From Trichoplax adhaerens (taxonomy: Eukaryota; Animalia; Placozoa), in the NCBI RefSeq assembly GCF_000150275.1, contig NW_002060948.1, positions 1,201,983-1,265,982 on the forward strand: DNA of 64,000 nucleotides, in the 5' to 3' direction. Shown in pieces: positions 26,400-41,500 of the stretch; within the stretch, counting starts at the first letter, position 1; every line of letters starts with the position of its first letter. The translations under genes and the position numbers were made by a program. The notes beneath the pieces are model-generated. The model saw only the letters and a list, made by a program, of their open reading frames with translations. It did not search any database and was not told the origin of the DNA.

Positions 26400-29355
26400 T
26401 CATGACTTTGTTAAGAATTTCTTTAACGAAGAGATGTTTTCTTCGATATTAACAAGAGTTGTATGATCTATAACTAAATCAGCTGAAAGGTTTGATATAC
26501 CCGCGTCGTATAAGTTAGTAGAGATATTAGATTCTTCCTGCTTCTTAACTTTATTTACAGTTAAGAAATTATCTTCAGCCAAGTATTCAGGTGATACTGA
26601 TTCTAAGAATAAAATTCTATCTTCAAGGTGCTTTAAGCGTTTGTAAATATCACCAGGTACCGGATAATCTATTGAGAGTACATTAAGAGCATGAATGAGA
26701 TTTCCTAAAATTTGGGTGTGATGTTTGAACCATGAATTTAAAACCTGGTTTAATGCCAAGGTAGTTTTCCATATTCATAAGTCTCTCTTCTATCCCAACT
26801 GGTAGATTAGAACGTGTTATAGGGTGGGCTGGATTCTCAGCTCTGGAATCTGCATTATTTTCTTTACTACACTGGTCCACATGAGGGTCTGTAGATTTTC
26901 TTTTTCGCATGGTATCCGTATCATCATAGGAAACTCTTGTTACTTGCATCGTAACATGATTTGATGGAATATTTGAGGGTATATTAGAGGTGAATTCTTT
27001 TAATTTTTATACTTATTTCACAGCACGAATATTATCAGGAGTTATCATCCATGCCAAAGTATTTAGTTATTATCGAATTACCGAATCAAGCTTAGAGGAT
27101 CTTATCCTTACCTTTCACATGACTACTTTGTTGGTTCCTTTTAACAAACATTGCATGAGTTCGAGCAGATTTTCCTTCTAAAGAAAGAGTGCTTATTGAT
27201 GTTAACAAGGCACGCATGTAATATGAATAATTACGTACAGTTTAAATACTCGTATTCTATACGGTGAGTTGTCATCCTTTTAGATGGGAATTGTTAGTAA
27301 AAAGTCACACATTTAAACTAGTCCAATTTCTAAAAGCGAAAGCTTTACCTTCAATAAGGACATTACTATTATCACTGATGGGATAAAACTCTCTTTTGTT
27401 GGTAATATTAGCATCAAGCTTCTTTCTTTCAATAAAAGCATTTATACGGCGACCGATCTGAATGTAATAAACAATAAACAATTCATTTATATTATAATTT
27501 GATTCTAATGTACACCCTCGATAATTGTAAGAATAGTAAAATGGACAAGCAGTAATTCTTCGGTTCTATATCAATGTTCTACGTATTCTAGTAATTTTTT
27601 CAGTACCTCACTTTTGTCGGCGATAATCTGTACAATGGAGGGATCGAGTTTTGGCGTTTTACCTTCAATTACATTGTAGGACAAATATCATTGTGATTAC
27701 TTTTAGGCAGTTTAAGGAGCATAATATTATAATGAGTGTTATACATGTATGTGAAAGGATATTTACTTGCTGATTTTTTAATTGAACTTTCGCCTTGGTC
27801 TTGATTATGATTATCAGTCAATTTTTGATGGACTTCCTGATTACATAAATGCATAGGTATAAGTATTAAATTTTATTTCGAAAATTATGTCGTTGAAGGT
27901 GCCTTTTTACTACTGTATCAGATACGATTTAAAATCAACATTGCTTAAATCTTCAAAATAGAGACTTTATCATCAATCTGGTCTGCTACTGGTAGTATTC
28001 CAAGCATTGGAAACGTGCTTATTACTTTAGTACTAGCAAAGTGCTACTTGTGACACACATTTTGCGTAGATGTACTCTTACAGCATTGCACAGTAGTAGA
28101 TTTATAGCAAGCAGTTAGTGGCACCCAGTTCATCATCCTCTGTTGCAGGAGTTTGTCAATACGTGCATTCAATATTTTTAAGTAATTACAACTAGGGACT
28201 TTTTTCGAGTAGTCCCAGCTACAACTTACACTAGTAATAGCTATTTAGTTGTATGCACGGCATTGTATGAGTACAGTAGTTCTAGAACTAGAATAGTTAA
28301 AATTATTGAACGAATTATTATTTCAATCTTTCAAACTGCAATGGAATCTTTAGATCATTACTTACAAGTCGTTTCCATATCTGGATTACGGCATGTAAAT
28401 GCATAAACTATGAATAATTTGCTCTATAACTAACGAACTAACCTGTAGAGATAGTATTAAATTCTTTATTTCTTTAGCTAAATTTCGCTTCTCAGTTTGC
28501 GGACTGCAGCTTGTAGAGGCACTGGTGTCAGGACAGGTAGAGGTATCGCTGAATTGATTTGCAGTCTAAGGTAAAGTGTAAAGAATAATTACGATGCATA
28601 AATTAATAAATGCAATCATAAATTTATATACACATTGCTAAAGCATTTACAATCAGTTTATTATACGGATACATGAATACACAAATATTTATAGGCATAA
28701 GAAAGAAGTCATTTTAACTAGGCTATGATAGAAAGAAAATAGGAAACGTAATCCCGTATCTACTAAATTTGAGGACAAATCTTGATGTTCCATAGGCAAT
28801 AACTAACCATGAATGAGCACAGGTAATCATTTTAAATATTATTATCATGTATGAGTTCTAAGGGCCGTATTGATTAGACTGTTTGTAGGTATGTCTAAAT
28901 AATAAAGTATTATGATTTTGTTGAACTACCTTGTACTATTGATTTCTGACTAAGTTGCTTAGTGGCGTCATTAGAAAAGAGGAAACTGCTGTACAATTTA
29001 CCACAATGACCAACTCCTACTTTGTTTGGTATGATGTCTAAAAATGCCTGCAATCATCCATTTTATGGGTATTGTGTTAAAGTTGTGATAATGTGTACAG
29101 TCTATAATGTACGAATGCTATTTTAGTTTGATCCTGCTTGCAAAATGATGAAGCAATTTGAACGTTGTCAAAGCAAAATGTAATCATCGTCGCGCAGAGG
29201 GAAGGAAAATGCAACCTAACTTGATTTAATACACCCTATAGCTCCATGTATCCATAGCCTCATAGTATCCTACTAACCCAACGATCGAGTTGTTGACTTA
29301 TTATTTTTTTGCAGTCTTGCCGTAATAATTCTATTTCAGCCATGTTTTCATCCAT
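26400..29355 (-). CDS. MBIP: MAP3K12-binding inhibitory protein 1 (ATAC complex subunit)
   Basis: DPSIVQIIADKSEIGRRINAFIERK, KSARTHAMF...SHVKVTRV, GIEERLMNMENYL, PVPGDIYKRLKHLEDRILFLESVSPEY. Exons: 29355-29278 and 29047-29021 (both tentative), 28565-28443, 27836-27767, 27662-27607, 27457-27349, 27177-27112, 26942-26745, 26668-26400. Confidence 0.88.
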
Positions 29356-29464
29356 TAATTTGAACCAAATGAATGACATTGAAGCTTGGTGATGGCCAAG
29401 CAATCCATCCAGGTTACTACTCGCTTTTCGGTAGCGCAACCGATACTGTGTCTTGTAAAATTTG

Positions 29465-30450
29465 GAAACAGTGTACACTCAGTACTGTACTATGAGAAAT
29501 TGAGTCTTAATAGGAACATGGTACAGTGTCCAGTACTATACTGTACACGACTTGTAGAGTGTACAGTGTACAGTATAGCGTGTTACAATGCACTGTACAC
29601 TGTACACACAGTACTGTACTGTACTGTGAAGTGAGAAATTGATTCTTGATAGCAACATGCTACTACAGTATAGTCAGCTCAATACTGATAGGACCCTTGT
29701 ACAGTGTACAGTGTCGTACTGTACACGACTTGTAGAGTGTACAGTGTACAGTACAACCAGCTATAATGCACTGTAAACTGTACACTGTACTGTACTATGA
29801 AGTGAGAAATTGATTCTTGATAGCAACATGCTACTACAGTATAGTCAGCTCAATACTGATAGGAACATTGTACTGTACGGTGTAGAGTACAGTACTGTAC
29901 ACGACTTGTAGAGTGTACAGTGTACAATATAACCTGCTACAATGCACTATACACTGTAGACTGTACTGCACTGTGAATTGAGAAATTGATTCTTGATAGC
30001 AACATGCTACTACAGTATAGTCATCTCAATACTGATAGGAACATTGTACAGTGTACAGTATCGTATTGTAGACGACTTGTAGAGTGTACAGTGTACAGTA
30101 CAGTATAGCCTGATATAATGCACTGTACATTGTACATTCAGTACTGTACTGTACTGTGAAGTGAGAAATTGATTCTTGACAACAACATGGTACTGTATAC
30201 AGTATAGTCAGCTCAATACTGATAGGAACATTGTACAGTATACAGTAGTACTTTACTGTACAGTGTACACGACTCGTAGAGTGTACGTACAGTACAGTCT
30301 ACAGTCTACAGTGTATAGTCTGCTACAATGCACTGTATGTACTATGAAGTGAGAAATTGATTCTTGATAGCAACATTGTATTGTACAGTACAGTACAGTA
30401 CAGTCAGCTACAATAGTAACAATATTGTATTGTACTTATTTGTACGTGTA
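29465..30450. repeat. Tandem repeat, ~140-190 bp unit, 5-6 copies, rich in TACAG/TACTG motifs, immediately upstream of MBIP
   Basis: Anchor gagaaattga(g/t)tctt at ~29494, 29633, 29804, 29980, 30163, 30351; shared cacgacttgtagagtgtac and ctcaatactgatagga blocks. Confidence 0.92.
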
Positions 30451-31009
30451 CACTGAGTTACGTCACAGTTCTGCAAAAAAGGTTCACTTGACCGCCAAGG
30501 TGCGTGAAGAGGTACTGTACCACATAGCATTGCATTATTCTGCGCCCACGTACTGTCCTATCGAATCTCTAATAATGTGATAATAAAAGCCAACAATAGG
30601 ATTAATTAAGAAAAACTCAACCTTTGTGCATTGATATTTGTTTATCAGAGCCCTATTATGTATTGTGTCACGATTTTTTGATGCGTAATCAGTTGAAAAC
30701 TATAGAATAAACGGGGTAGGACAATGAAGTTCAGTACGGTACTGTACAGTGTACCAATCGCTTCAAACACTGCTAGTCTTTTACTACAAACTGTCGTCAC
30801 TATGACGCTTGGATATCGTATTGTCACAGTACTTAAGACGCCATTGAATATCGCGTTTGTAATATTGAAAGCTCACGCCAATGTAGACGGGTTGTAAATG
30901 CTTGCAGGTCCTCATTTTTTGATATAGTATTTCTATCGAAATTGATTTACTGTACAACAGCTTTGCATGTAAGTAGCAATTGCAATGAAGCATTTATAAG
31001 TATGTAAAA

Positions 31010-31550
31010 GTACATTATTGTACAGTACTGTTACGTCCATCGAAATTGGCATGGCTGAGGGTCAGATGAGATCGACGCGTAAAATAGATTTTGGGGGCAA
31101 GATACAAGTCCAGTGTACACTGTACAGTATACTGTAGTACTGTATTACTGTACTGTACACTGTACAGTGGTGTTAGGGACTATCTAAAGACTAATACAGT
31201 ACTGTACAGTACTATTAAAGTCTTCCAAGTCCCTGGTACAGTACAGTACTGTACTGTACAGTACACTACACGCTCGGTAGAAGAAAAAGTACTGTACGCT
31301 TTTCCTAAACCGTCTCGAATTGTACTGTACAGAGAGGGGGGGGGGGGGAAATAAATAAATAAGAAAAAAAAAATAAAATCTATAAAATATACAGTACAGT
31401 ACAGTACTGTATACTGTATATAAAATAATAAACACTGTACGCTTATTAGAATAGAACAACGCACTGTACTTGCTGCTCTGTAAAACAACCAAGCCTAAAT
31501 TGGAACGTTTTCATACGAGTGTTGTAGTACTGTACTTTATGTACAGTGTT
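31010..31550. repeat. TACAG/TACTG motif cluster with poly(G) and poly(A) tracts upstream of the IP3 kinase gene
   Basis: e.g. gtacagtacagtactgtactgtacagtacac; G-run at ~31336-31348. Confidence 0.8.
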
Positions 31551-32574
31551 CCCCGCTGACAGCCACATTATTATAGCCTAAGTTACTGGAAGTGCGTTTC
31601 CATTCGTTGCAAATTTTCTTGCCTTTCGCCGCACATCGCCGAAATTCGACCGAAAGAACAACTGCAGAAACTATTGACTCGTAGAATACGATTAAGATCT
31701 CATTTTTTTGGCCACTGCGCTTTTGCAAATCATGACGTAAAAATAGTACAATACTAATTAAGTACAAGTACACAACGCTACGCCTAAGACGCGAGTTGGT
31801 TACTGATTTTGTGTGATGCCTACTTTCAACAAGCCCTGATGGCAAATGATTTGATTTATTCATTTCCATATGGTACACGGTGATCTCAATTAATGCCTTA
31901 ATTATTGTTAGCTTATAGCTCGATTGTTCACATTCTGGGAATTAGAAAGGTTTATTTTACAGCATTGGGTTTATCTTTCTATTCTTTGCCACTGAATCTA
32001 CGGAATATCAACTGGAAATTGTTGTGGTTGTACCGTATCGTGGTGGCTCAACCTTGGTCGTTCTCATAACACACTTGCTACATACTGTATTATACTAGGC
32101 TGTGGTGTATCTTGCCTACTGTCTCGCTTACAAGACTGTATACTGTAGTGTGGAGAATACGCACTGTCGGCGTGGAGTGTACGCTACTGAGTACGTACCG
32201 ACATTGTAAAAGTCGTCAAGCTTGACAACACTGTGAATGTCGAACGCATTGGTTGGCGTCGGTCATCGGCCATTCATTAGCATTGCTAGACGTAGAAAGA
32301 CGACTAATTTGTTGCTAAATTAACTACTTTCAGAATTTTCCATCATAAAACTCAAGGCAGTAAGTCTTTGCTTGCATTAATAACTTAATCCCTCCCTAGA
32401 AGACCTGTTGTTGTACAAGTCTACACCAAGCGCCAAGAAAGACAGAAACTGGAAGTACGGTACTAGTCTTATAGTCCCCTAGTGTGATTGACGAAGACGT
32501 GCTGGCTCCAATAATTGACTTTGTTGGAGGGTGGAACCCTTTTTGGTTGGTCACTCGTGTACAAACAGTTAAGT

Positions 32575-35500
32575 ATGAGTAGGACTATAATTACTGGCAA
32601 CCTCAATCAACAACATATGGACAAGTTGATTGATGATGATAATAGCGTGCATGACGCTATTATTGATCCAACAGTGGCAACCAAGAACAGCGAACAGCTA
32701 GCGCAGTTAAATACAATTTCTCAAGAAAACTTGAATACTTCAACTGATCACAAATCACAATCTGGAGACAACGCTACAGAGTCAACGGATGACTCCGTCA
32801 ATCAAAGAAGAACTCCGTTGTCAGAAGAAAGAAATTTAAAGAAAATTATTAGCTGCCCGCAAATTTTATACAGCTCTTACGACGATAACAAAACTGCGAA
32901 CAAAACTATTTCCAACGATATAACAAATAACTCGACACCAAATAGCTGTAGTAACTCAGATAGTCATTCCGACGAATTAGCTACTGCAAACGTTGCATTA
33001 AATAAACAGAATATCGACAGAATACAGGAAGACAGTCTTAGCGACAATCAGACCATGAAAATGGTTCGTGAAGATCATCATTCGATGAGAGCTGGCGCTA
33101 CTTCCTTGCCGTCGCTAACAAATGCTTCTCACATCACTAATGGTGATTCAAGCGATAACCGGTCATCCGTTTCGCTCGAGAATATCCTAAAAAAGACCAG
33201 CAAGTCGTCTAGGCAGTCTAGAAAACCACGTAGTATCAGTGTCGATTCTCTAACTCCTCCGCGGCATTTAAGCACGCCTCATAGTGAAACTTCAGATGAC
33301 GATTTATCGGACGATTATGAAGAACAACGTAAGCCAAAAAAGGTATGTTCAAATTCTTGAACAGCTCGAGATTCAATCAAAAACAAATTCTTTAGCCTCA
33401 TAATTACATTACAAATTATCTTTTGGTGTATGACTGTATAAAAGACCACAGTAAAAATTGACGACAGTATTGATGCGGGTAATAATGCAGGCCGTTGCAC
33501 TAGATTGTATAGAACGTACCCCAACGGAGTCTCTCATTTTCAGTACACTTGCAAATTATTATTTCATTATATAATTAGTACTGTGCATTTAACAAGCGAG
33601 CTTTGTAAATAGTTTTTAAATTTGGAGTTCTAATACAAAAATATACAGTGATTTTGATGTCGATCAATCAAAATGCTACACGACGATCTTCCCCAATGGT
33701 TTAATCAGCCAGTATTGCTAACAAGAGAGGCATCAATCCAAGCAGAACTTTTTCAAATAATTTAGCAGAGAATTTTTTGGCGTTAATTATTTTTCGACAA
33801 GATACTATTATCTACTGGCCATATTGCATATACAATATCTTGTAGAATTGTACGTCACGATGTTGCACATTGTCCAAGTAAACGACGAATGCGACGTCGG
33901 TCGATCGCGCAGTTGTTTGCCACAACTTAGGTACTCTGTTTGGGATAAATTGGAAAGACCATCACCAGCGATAAGATCAATTTTTTTATTTTATTATATT
34001 TATTTTATTTTATTTACTATTCTATCCAGTCCAAGCGGTATGCAGCAATCAAGGCGTTTAATTCACCATTTAAAATTAAAGAATCCTATAGGGTTTTTGG
34101 GTATAACAAACTACGTAGAGTATGCATGTAGATTTGTAGTGCGCCACTACGATGTCTACTTCGATAACAATCGACTGGAAAATGTCGATTTATCGCTTAA
34201 CAATGATACCAAATTTTCCAAGGTAAAAAATAAATCTAAGAAGTGTTTGCTGGATATGTACTATAAAGCTCAGTCTTGTACAAATTGAAAATGACCTGCA
34301 GTCAGCACTAATTTATAAAGCAATGCCGATCACGATTTGTGGCTTGTACTTTGCAAAGGCACAAAACAGTGTATAATCTGATAACACTTTACTCCTTGGA
34401 ATTTGATCTATTGCAACATTAGCAGCTACTCGACAGTATAGCGAATTATAATTAGTACCATAAAGTCAAGGCAAACGTAAATGTATTTACTGTGACCATG
34501 AACTGCTGTACTACTGTAGGAAGAAGCCCTTCTTACAGTAGTCTATGGGAAATGAGTACAACAATAATTGATATTTCAATGTCAATCCAATTGCTGTAAC
34601 AGTATTATTTCATTATCGATAATTGCTGAGTGATAAAGTACAAATGTTCATACAGAGCGCGTCTCTAGGTCATTGAATTGAATATATACAATTTACGATG
34701 CAGTCCAATGGTACATAAAATAATATGGTAATGAAGCAATAGCGTAATTAGAATTATCGCAGTATGATCGGTGTCTATCAATCCAAAGGTTTTTATTGCT
34801 TTCCTATACAACGGTTGTACAGCGATTGCTATTACATGGCGATAAGCCTAAGTATCGTTCCTTAGCAGTACTGTCAATACCATCAATTACGGTCGATTTC
34901 TGGCTTGAAAGAACGATACCATTGACCGACTGATTTATTGATACGCATACTGTAAAGGTAGTATAAAAGTGCTACTGTATTTACGATTCCTACGCGCTTA
35001 CAGGTCTTTCTTTGACTCGCAATTAGGCTTTACAATGGTCATCGCTTTTTAATGACATGGTGTTATCTTAGACTATAGCATGTTTTACTGTTATTATTAA
35101 TTCCGTTTTTATTAATCGACCTATCCGCTATATTTGCTTGACATTTTTGATCGTTTTTGTTAGCACTGGTAGAATATTATGATGTAATTATGAATTATTA
35201 ATTGCTTCAACACTCCCAGTAGTGTTTGGAGTTGATGTTTTTGTATTTAGCTTTGTACAGTAGCGTACGATACATTCAAAATTGCTTACTGGTACGATAG
35301 ACCGTCTAGTCTAAAATACTGTAGTTGTATTGCACAATCCTGTACACTTCCAATTTAGTTTTGTAGGCAAAAATTGCACATATCCATGTTTATGTATTTA
35401 TCATTCTATGCTCTTGCATACTTTTAAAATGATGTAAAGTCTACCTAATGTTGGACTACGAGAATTTAGTACATGAGCAGCGCTTGACAATATGTATTAT

Positions 35501-38500
35501 TCTACTCAGAACGCGATTTTCAAGCATGTTCTTACCCAACTGTACAGTAATCAGTGCTCTCCACGTTTCCAACTCTTACAAACAAACCTTGTTTATCGTA
35601 CTGGGCACGATAGTAAGGTCCTACCCATATATCTCTGAAATTGTGATTTGCACATCGCAATATTTATTTTTATTAGTATTGACTGATGGATGACTAGATC
35701 ACTTCTACAGTACAGTACAGTAGGTATGCCGCTATGCTATGTTGATGGCAATTGAATGTTTTAGTAGGAGCAACTACGGTTTTAAATGGACCCCAATTTT
35801 TCGTGTCGAAGCCATCCATTTTAAAAATTATATTTTACTGTTATATATAGATAATAATTCATAATAACATAGCAGGGACTAGGAGTCTCTGGCCATACTC
35901 TATATCCTATCCATTGAATAAGAGAAGAGAATGGCTGCTAATTAGCGAAGACTTTACTGTGTACAGTACTGTAGAAAGGGGTTCTGTACTGTAATGTACT
36001 GTACTGTAGACCGGAGAAGGTTTGGTATAGTACACAAGACACTACTGTTCTGTACTGCACAGTAGTGTAAGTAACCTGATACAAACTGACATTCGCTATG
36101 AATAGTGAAAAACGATGGGTAAAACGTCTCCAAAATACCAATCAATCAATCATAACAGTTACGGATCTTGCTATACATGAAAGTCTCATTAGAATTGAGT
36201 TGAGCAGGTAATAGCGCTAAATTTGCAACTGAAACGTAGAGTAAAATAGAATCATGGTGTTAAAAAGTAGATGTTTTGAAATGGCGGTACTCCCGACAGT
36301 ACATCCTGTACAGTGTACAGTCTACAGTACTGTATAATATTAGTGTACTGTACTGTACGTAGAACAATGTACTGTATTTTCGGTCAAACTATCGAATGGA
36401 ATGGATCACGTGGTACAGTAGTATACAATAGGCTTACAGTGACGTGCAGACAGTACTGTACTTAGTATTGTACTGCCGAATGGAAGGGATCACATGGTAC
36501 GGTATTGTACAAAGCAAACTATCGAATGGAATAGATCACGTGGTACTGTCTTGCACAATAGGCTTACAGTGACATGCGTACAGTACAACAGAGGACAGTA
36601 CTGTAACCTACTGTACTTAGTATTGTACTTCTTTTTCAACTTGCAACTTGTCTCCAAGTTGGGAAGTTAATGCTAATTTCATTTGGCTTGCCCCAATTTT
36701 TCTGTGTATTACTATTATACCATACAGAATAGAATGTTGACGCCATTCAACTTGATGAAGTTGAGGGTTTGCAACCAACCAGTATTGACTTCAAAAGTAC
36801 TTTACCATCGTACATGACATTAATTCACCAACTTGTACTAACTGGTCGCATTAGATAATTGATGAAGGAGATTGCTTCGAACAATACAGTACTATGGGTG
36901 ATATTGTACTATCTATTTTGACAATCAACATAGTGATACTGTTAACAATATCGCTGCAAGACTCTAGTATAACTGTCAATATGGAAATGAATTGAGGTGT
37001 ATAGAATAGAATCGAGACGAGTATACAGACTAGGCTGCCTACCTATGGCTTACTACACCATCTCCAATTCTCTATGCTACAAGATTTCTCACACTTATTT
37101 ACCCTACTAGCCCATAACATCCAGTTGTGTCGTCCACCTTCGACTCTGTTGTACGTTTAGTACAAAGACAAAAACATCGATCATCATCGATGGAGATATC
37201 GTGGTAGTAGGATGCATTTTACAACACTATACTACCTTACTGCTAGCTATTCTTAGTGCACTGTAGAAATATTGATAGCATCATTCACTTCAAAACTGAC
37301 TGGAAACGCCAATTCCATTCAATTCTTTCCACATTTATCAATCAATCACGTAAGAAATCGTAAACGTTGACAAATCGTAAGTACTCTATATCATTTCCAA
37401 TGGGATTTTGATTCAGTATGATCGCTCCCCCCCCCCCCCCCCGCATAAAATAAAAAGTTTCCATTTATTACGAATTTCTATCAGCTGATCCAAGTTGATG
37501 CCTCAAAGTTACGTTAGTTTGGTAATCACCAAACTAGTTCATCGTCAACTTAGCACTTATTAAGGTTATCCATGATCATGATAGTAATCACTGTAATCGG
37601 CAACTATCATTGACCATCATTGAAGCTTTGCCTACCAATCGGTAGTATTCGTAAAGAGTCTTACTGTTCTAACCAACAGTCTCAACATAAGAGGGAAACG
37701 ATACGTATCCTGATGCATTTTTAGCATGGTAGTATTGATTACTAGCTGACACTACCTCTAGAAGACATACATTATTTTATATTGCTTAAAGTTAGCAGTA
37801 CGTATATGCTTTTACCAATAGATTGCTAACTTTCAAGGTCTTAAGATGGCTTCTTTGGTAATACTTGAAGAGTTCGAATTTGCCCAATGACAACGTCGAT
37901 TGTAGTAAATGGTGTTGTTTGTCAACTCTTCGATAAAACGTCTCATTTACAAGACTTTGAATGAAAGCCGTCGCGATCAAATTATATTCATGATCTATTT
38001 TTCGCTTTACAAGCCATCTTTTTTCTTTGAATTTGCTGTAGAAACACTATACTAGACGACCCATGTTGTTATCATGACTTGTAATTTTTCCAAGAACAAT
38101 ACTTCTTTAATGACTTACTGTTTTACACTATATCATTACAATGTCTTTTAAGTGGTTTTATTTTTTTTTTGAAGACGCTATTTGTGTGTAATTATCTACA
38201 AGTAGAAAGAAATCTTTCACAAAATTCATCTGTGAGAATATATTTAAGTAGCTTGTTTGATTAATTAGTAACGGTTAAATTCTAACCGTAGACGAGTGGG
38301 CATTACCCTTCCTTTTGATTAGAATGAAGTTAGAATTGAGGTTTTAATTAATTTTTATATGCAAGATCAAAAAAGAGTTAGCGACTTGTCTACTACTCTT
38401 CAGTCTCGATATTATATCGACTTACAGGAGTAGATTTCATTTATCCTCAACTGTTGTCGCCATTCCATTGACATCACAGTTTCCAGAAAGTTGAGCTTTT

Positions 38501-41500
38501 GCTAATACAATATTGGTACAGTAGATCAAAGCGTACAGAACAGTAGAATGCTAAAAGTCCTGAACATTCTTCTTTCTTGAGTGCCAAAAGGTCATCGGTT
38601 GAATCGATAAATTATTCTACTATAATACATTATATACATATACATGTAGGTATATGTTCAACTACGTCAATATTGAAATTAAGTATTGAAGAATATGTAA
38701 TATAAGGGTACTGTACATTTCATCTATATTTTTATTCGTGCTGCAAATACCAACATGCTTGCGGAAAAAAATCTTATAATTGACTCTATGTATTCTCCAA
38801 AGGACCTATTATTATCTGACCGCTTAATTTTTTTGTAGTGCAGTTGATATTGTACGCCTCTTCTAAACATGCAAGTGCCTATAATTTTCGGTCGGTTTTT
38901 ACATTAGCCCTTTGTGAATGGTTGGTTATGCAGTACGGGCAAGTGCCTATGATTTTCGATCGGTTTTTACATTAGCCCTTTGTGAATGGTTATACAGTAA
39001 AGGCAAGTGCTTATGATTTTCGATCGGTTTTTACATTAGCTCTTTAGGAATGGTTATACAGTACAACGTTACTTTTTTCTTTAAACCCAGAATTATACCA
39101 TTAATATTGTACAGTACTACTCTATTCTAATTATCTCCTTATATGGTCTATCTATCAGTAATTTTCATAAAATTATTTTATTCGTATGTATTTTACACAT
39201 GTGTGAACGTGTTGAGCGAGAAGGCTTGACTAGCCTATAGTCAACAAGGTTCATGCTTGTATAATATCGACCAAATTATACCCTACTTCGTAGATGCGGA
39301 TAGTTTGTATTTACATACTCACTATCTCGTTAAGGGATCTTTTATCAAACTATGGGTTACAATTATTCTACTTCTACTTCTATGGTACTCATTCAGAATC
39401 TGTAAGAGGTTTTATAGTCTGTCAATTTGAATCACACGATAGCACTGTAATTTTTCTTTTGCAAGTTCCTAATTTGGTAAATGTATAAATATTGTGAAAC
39501 TGCTATTAGCGTTTACGTTTTCAATTTACAAGTACTTTAGTTATCGCATCTGTTTTGCTAGATTGAGTGTGGGCCATGTTCTAGTAGTGGTTTTAAGGGT
39601 TTATCATTCGACTTCTTGCAACGTTTAGCAATTAACAGTAATATTTTTATGATTTGTATGATTCATCGAGCTTTAAAGTCTTATTGTTCTATCATGACTT
39701 ACGAACTACAAATCACACAGTAATTGAATTGCTTTGGCCTGTTATGCACGAGTACTGCCGGCGACTTTATTAGAATCCAAATGGACACTCCCTATTAGAT
39801 AGAGCAGATATAGATGATCCTGTTATCTATCTGATCGGAAATTGTTAAATTGAACAGCAGTTACTTTTTGATCATCTCATACAGTATGTGCATATCTACT
39901 CGGCATGTTAGTTCAATCGATACAATGCTATAAAGTGATATTATTACTAATAGCACGTCGTTAAATTTAGGTCATTATTTCGCTGCTGAGTTTTTGTGTT
40001 GTTTTAGACTCGTACTTAATCAATATGACGATTGTCTGCGGCTTTCTAATACATATACGGTGCTATTTGTTGTATTGAAATTGTGCTGCATTTCGTGCCG
40101 CGCAGGGTGAGCATGGGGTAGTTGAATTATGAACGAATAGTGAGTTAACTAAATTTACAATTGACTTATTTGAACAATGTGTAACACAAATTACACTAGA
40201 GACTGGTAGGCCATGATTACCCCTATGAGACTTCAATGTCTATATAATTTCTACGGTATATTGAATTAAAATTTAGGTCAAGGCATTTAACTCACTAATT
40301 TTAATACCAGCAGCAGAGAGAGACCCGTTATTGGTTCACACTAGAGAGCCTTTAGTTCAAACAATGTATCAGTAATTATTGCATTCTATAGTGGATGCAA
40401 TTGTTAAATACTGTATTGCTGACAGCAAATTGCAGTGCTAATTGGCCTAGATTGATTAATATACTGCACTTAGTCTGTCATATTCTCGAAGGCTTAATTT
40501 TTATATAAAAATTTTCATTTTTAAAATTGACTATAGTTCTAATTATACATCATTAGTCAGACGATTATTATGACATGTTACATAGTAAACGTTTATTTGT
40601 TGATTTGTTAGACCGAAGCAAAATAGAACTGCACCTATTTGAGTTCTCGAATACGCGTATCATTAGAGTAAAGGTTAAATTTACAAGCTTAGCATAACAC
40701 ATAATATACCACAGAGATGACCCTTTATCTTTGATTTAGTTTGGATGTGACAAAAATACATGTGAGATATTCCTATACTGTAATTTAAGCTATCGAACCT
40801 ATAGATATCATGTACGATGTGTATACCTGTATCCATTTTTATCCATGGATGACTATGTAAACGCCAGCTGTGCCGTATTTGACAGCGCAGCCTTGACATT
40901 CTGGATACAACTGTTGTGTAGAATGATACTACAGTAGGCGGAATACTGTTTCATAATAATGCATATACTACATTGTCTGTCCGGTGGCACCCATGCTGTG
41001 CATATAGAAACAAGTTTCTTTAGATTTATTTCGACTCCCATCATACGGTGGGACAGTTTCATGCTGTTGTCCTGTATTCATAATAATAATCATTATTGAA
41101 CCTAGCGAAAAAAATATGGAAAGCTTAACGAAATGCCAATAGCCTACTATTCTATCAGTCGGTGCCATGTTGCTGTATGATGAGCGGCCATTGTCTGGAA
41201 AGACGACGATGTTTATAACATGAAGGTTAAAAACGCTAAAAATAAATACTGAACGCCTTGAGTGCTGTCTAGAAAGGAATGCGATGGCGTCATAACGTAG
41301 ACGTGATGATTAAGATATTCGAGTCTATACTGTATAATTAGTAATTATTTTGCCGGTCTAGGACGATACTATCATATCATCGACATCAAGATCTGCGACA
41401 ATGACTGTATTATAAACGTTACCTTTCTGATACTTACTATTACGTAATAGTGGATGATAATGGATATTGCCAACATTTTTAACTATTAGAATTTCCCTAT

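Noticed and set aside
29110-29236. Possible extra MBIP exon (FPLRDDDY resembles a vertebrate MBIP segment)
   Set aside because: That frame hits TGA immediately, and the alternative frame needs a 42-nt intron; cannot be supported without transcripts
33824-34288. 154-aa ORF in IP3 kinase intron 1
   Set aside because: Non-ATG start, AT-rich F/I/Y composition, no recognisable domain or convincing splice sites
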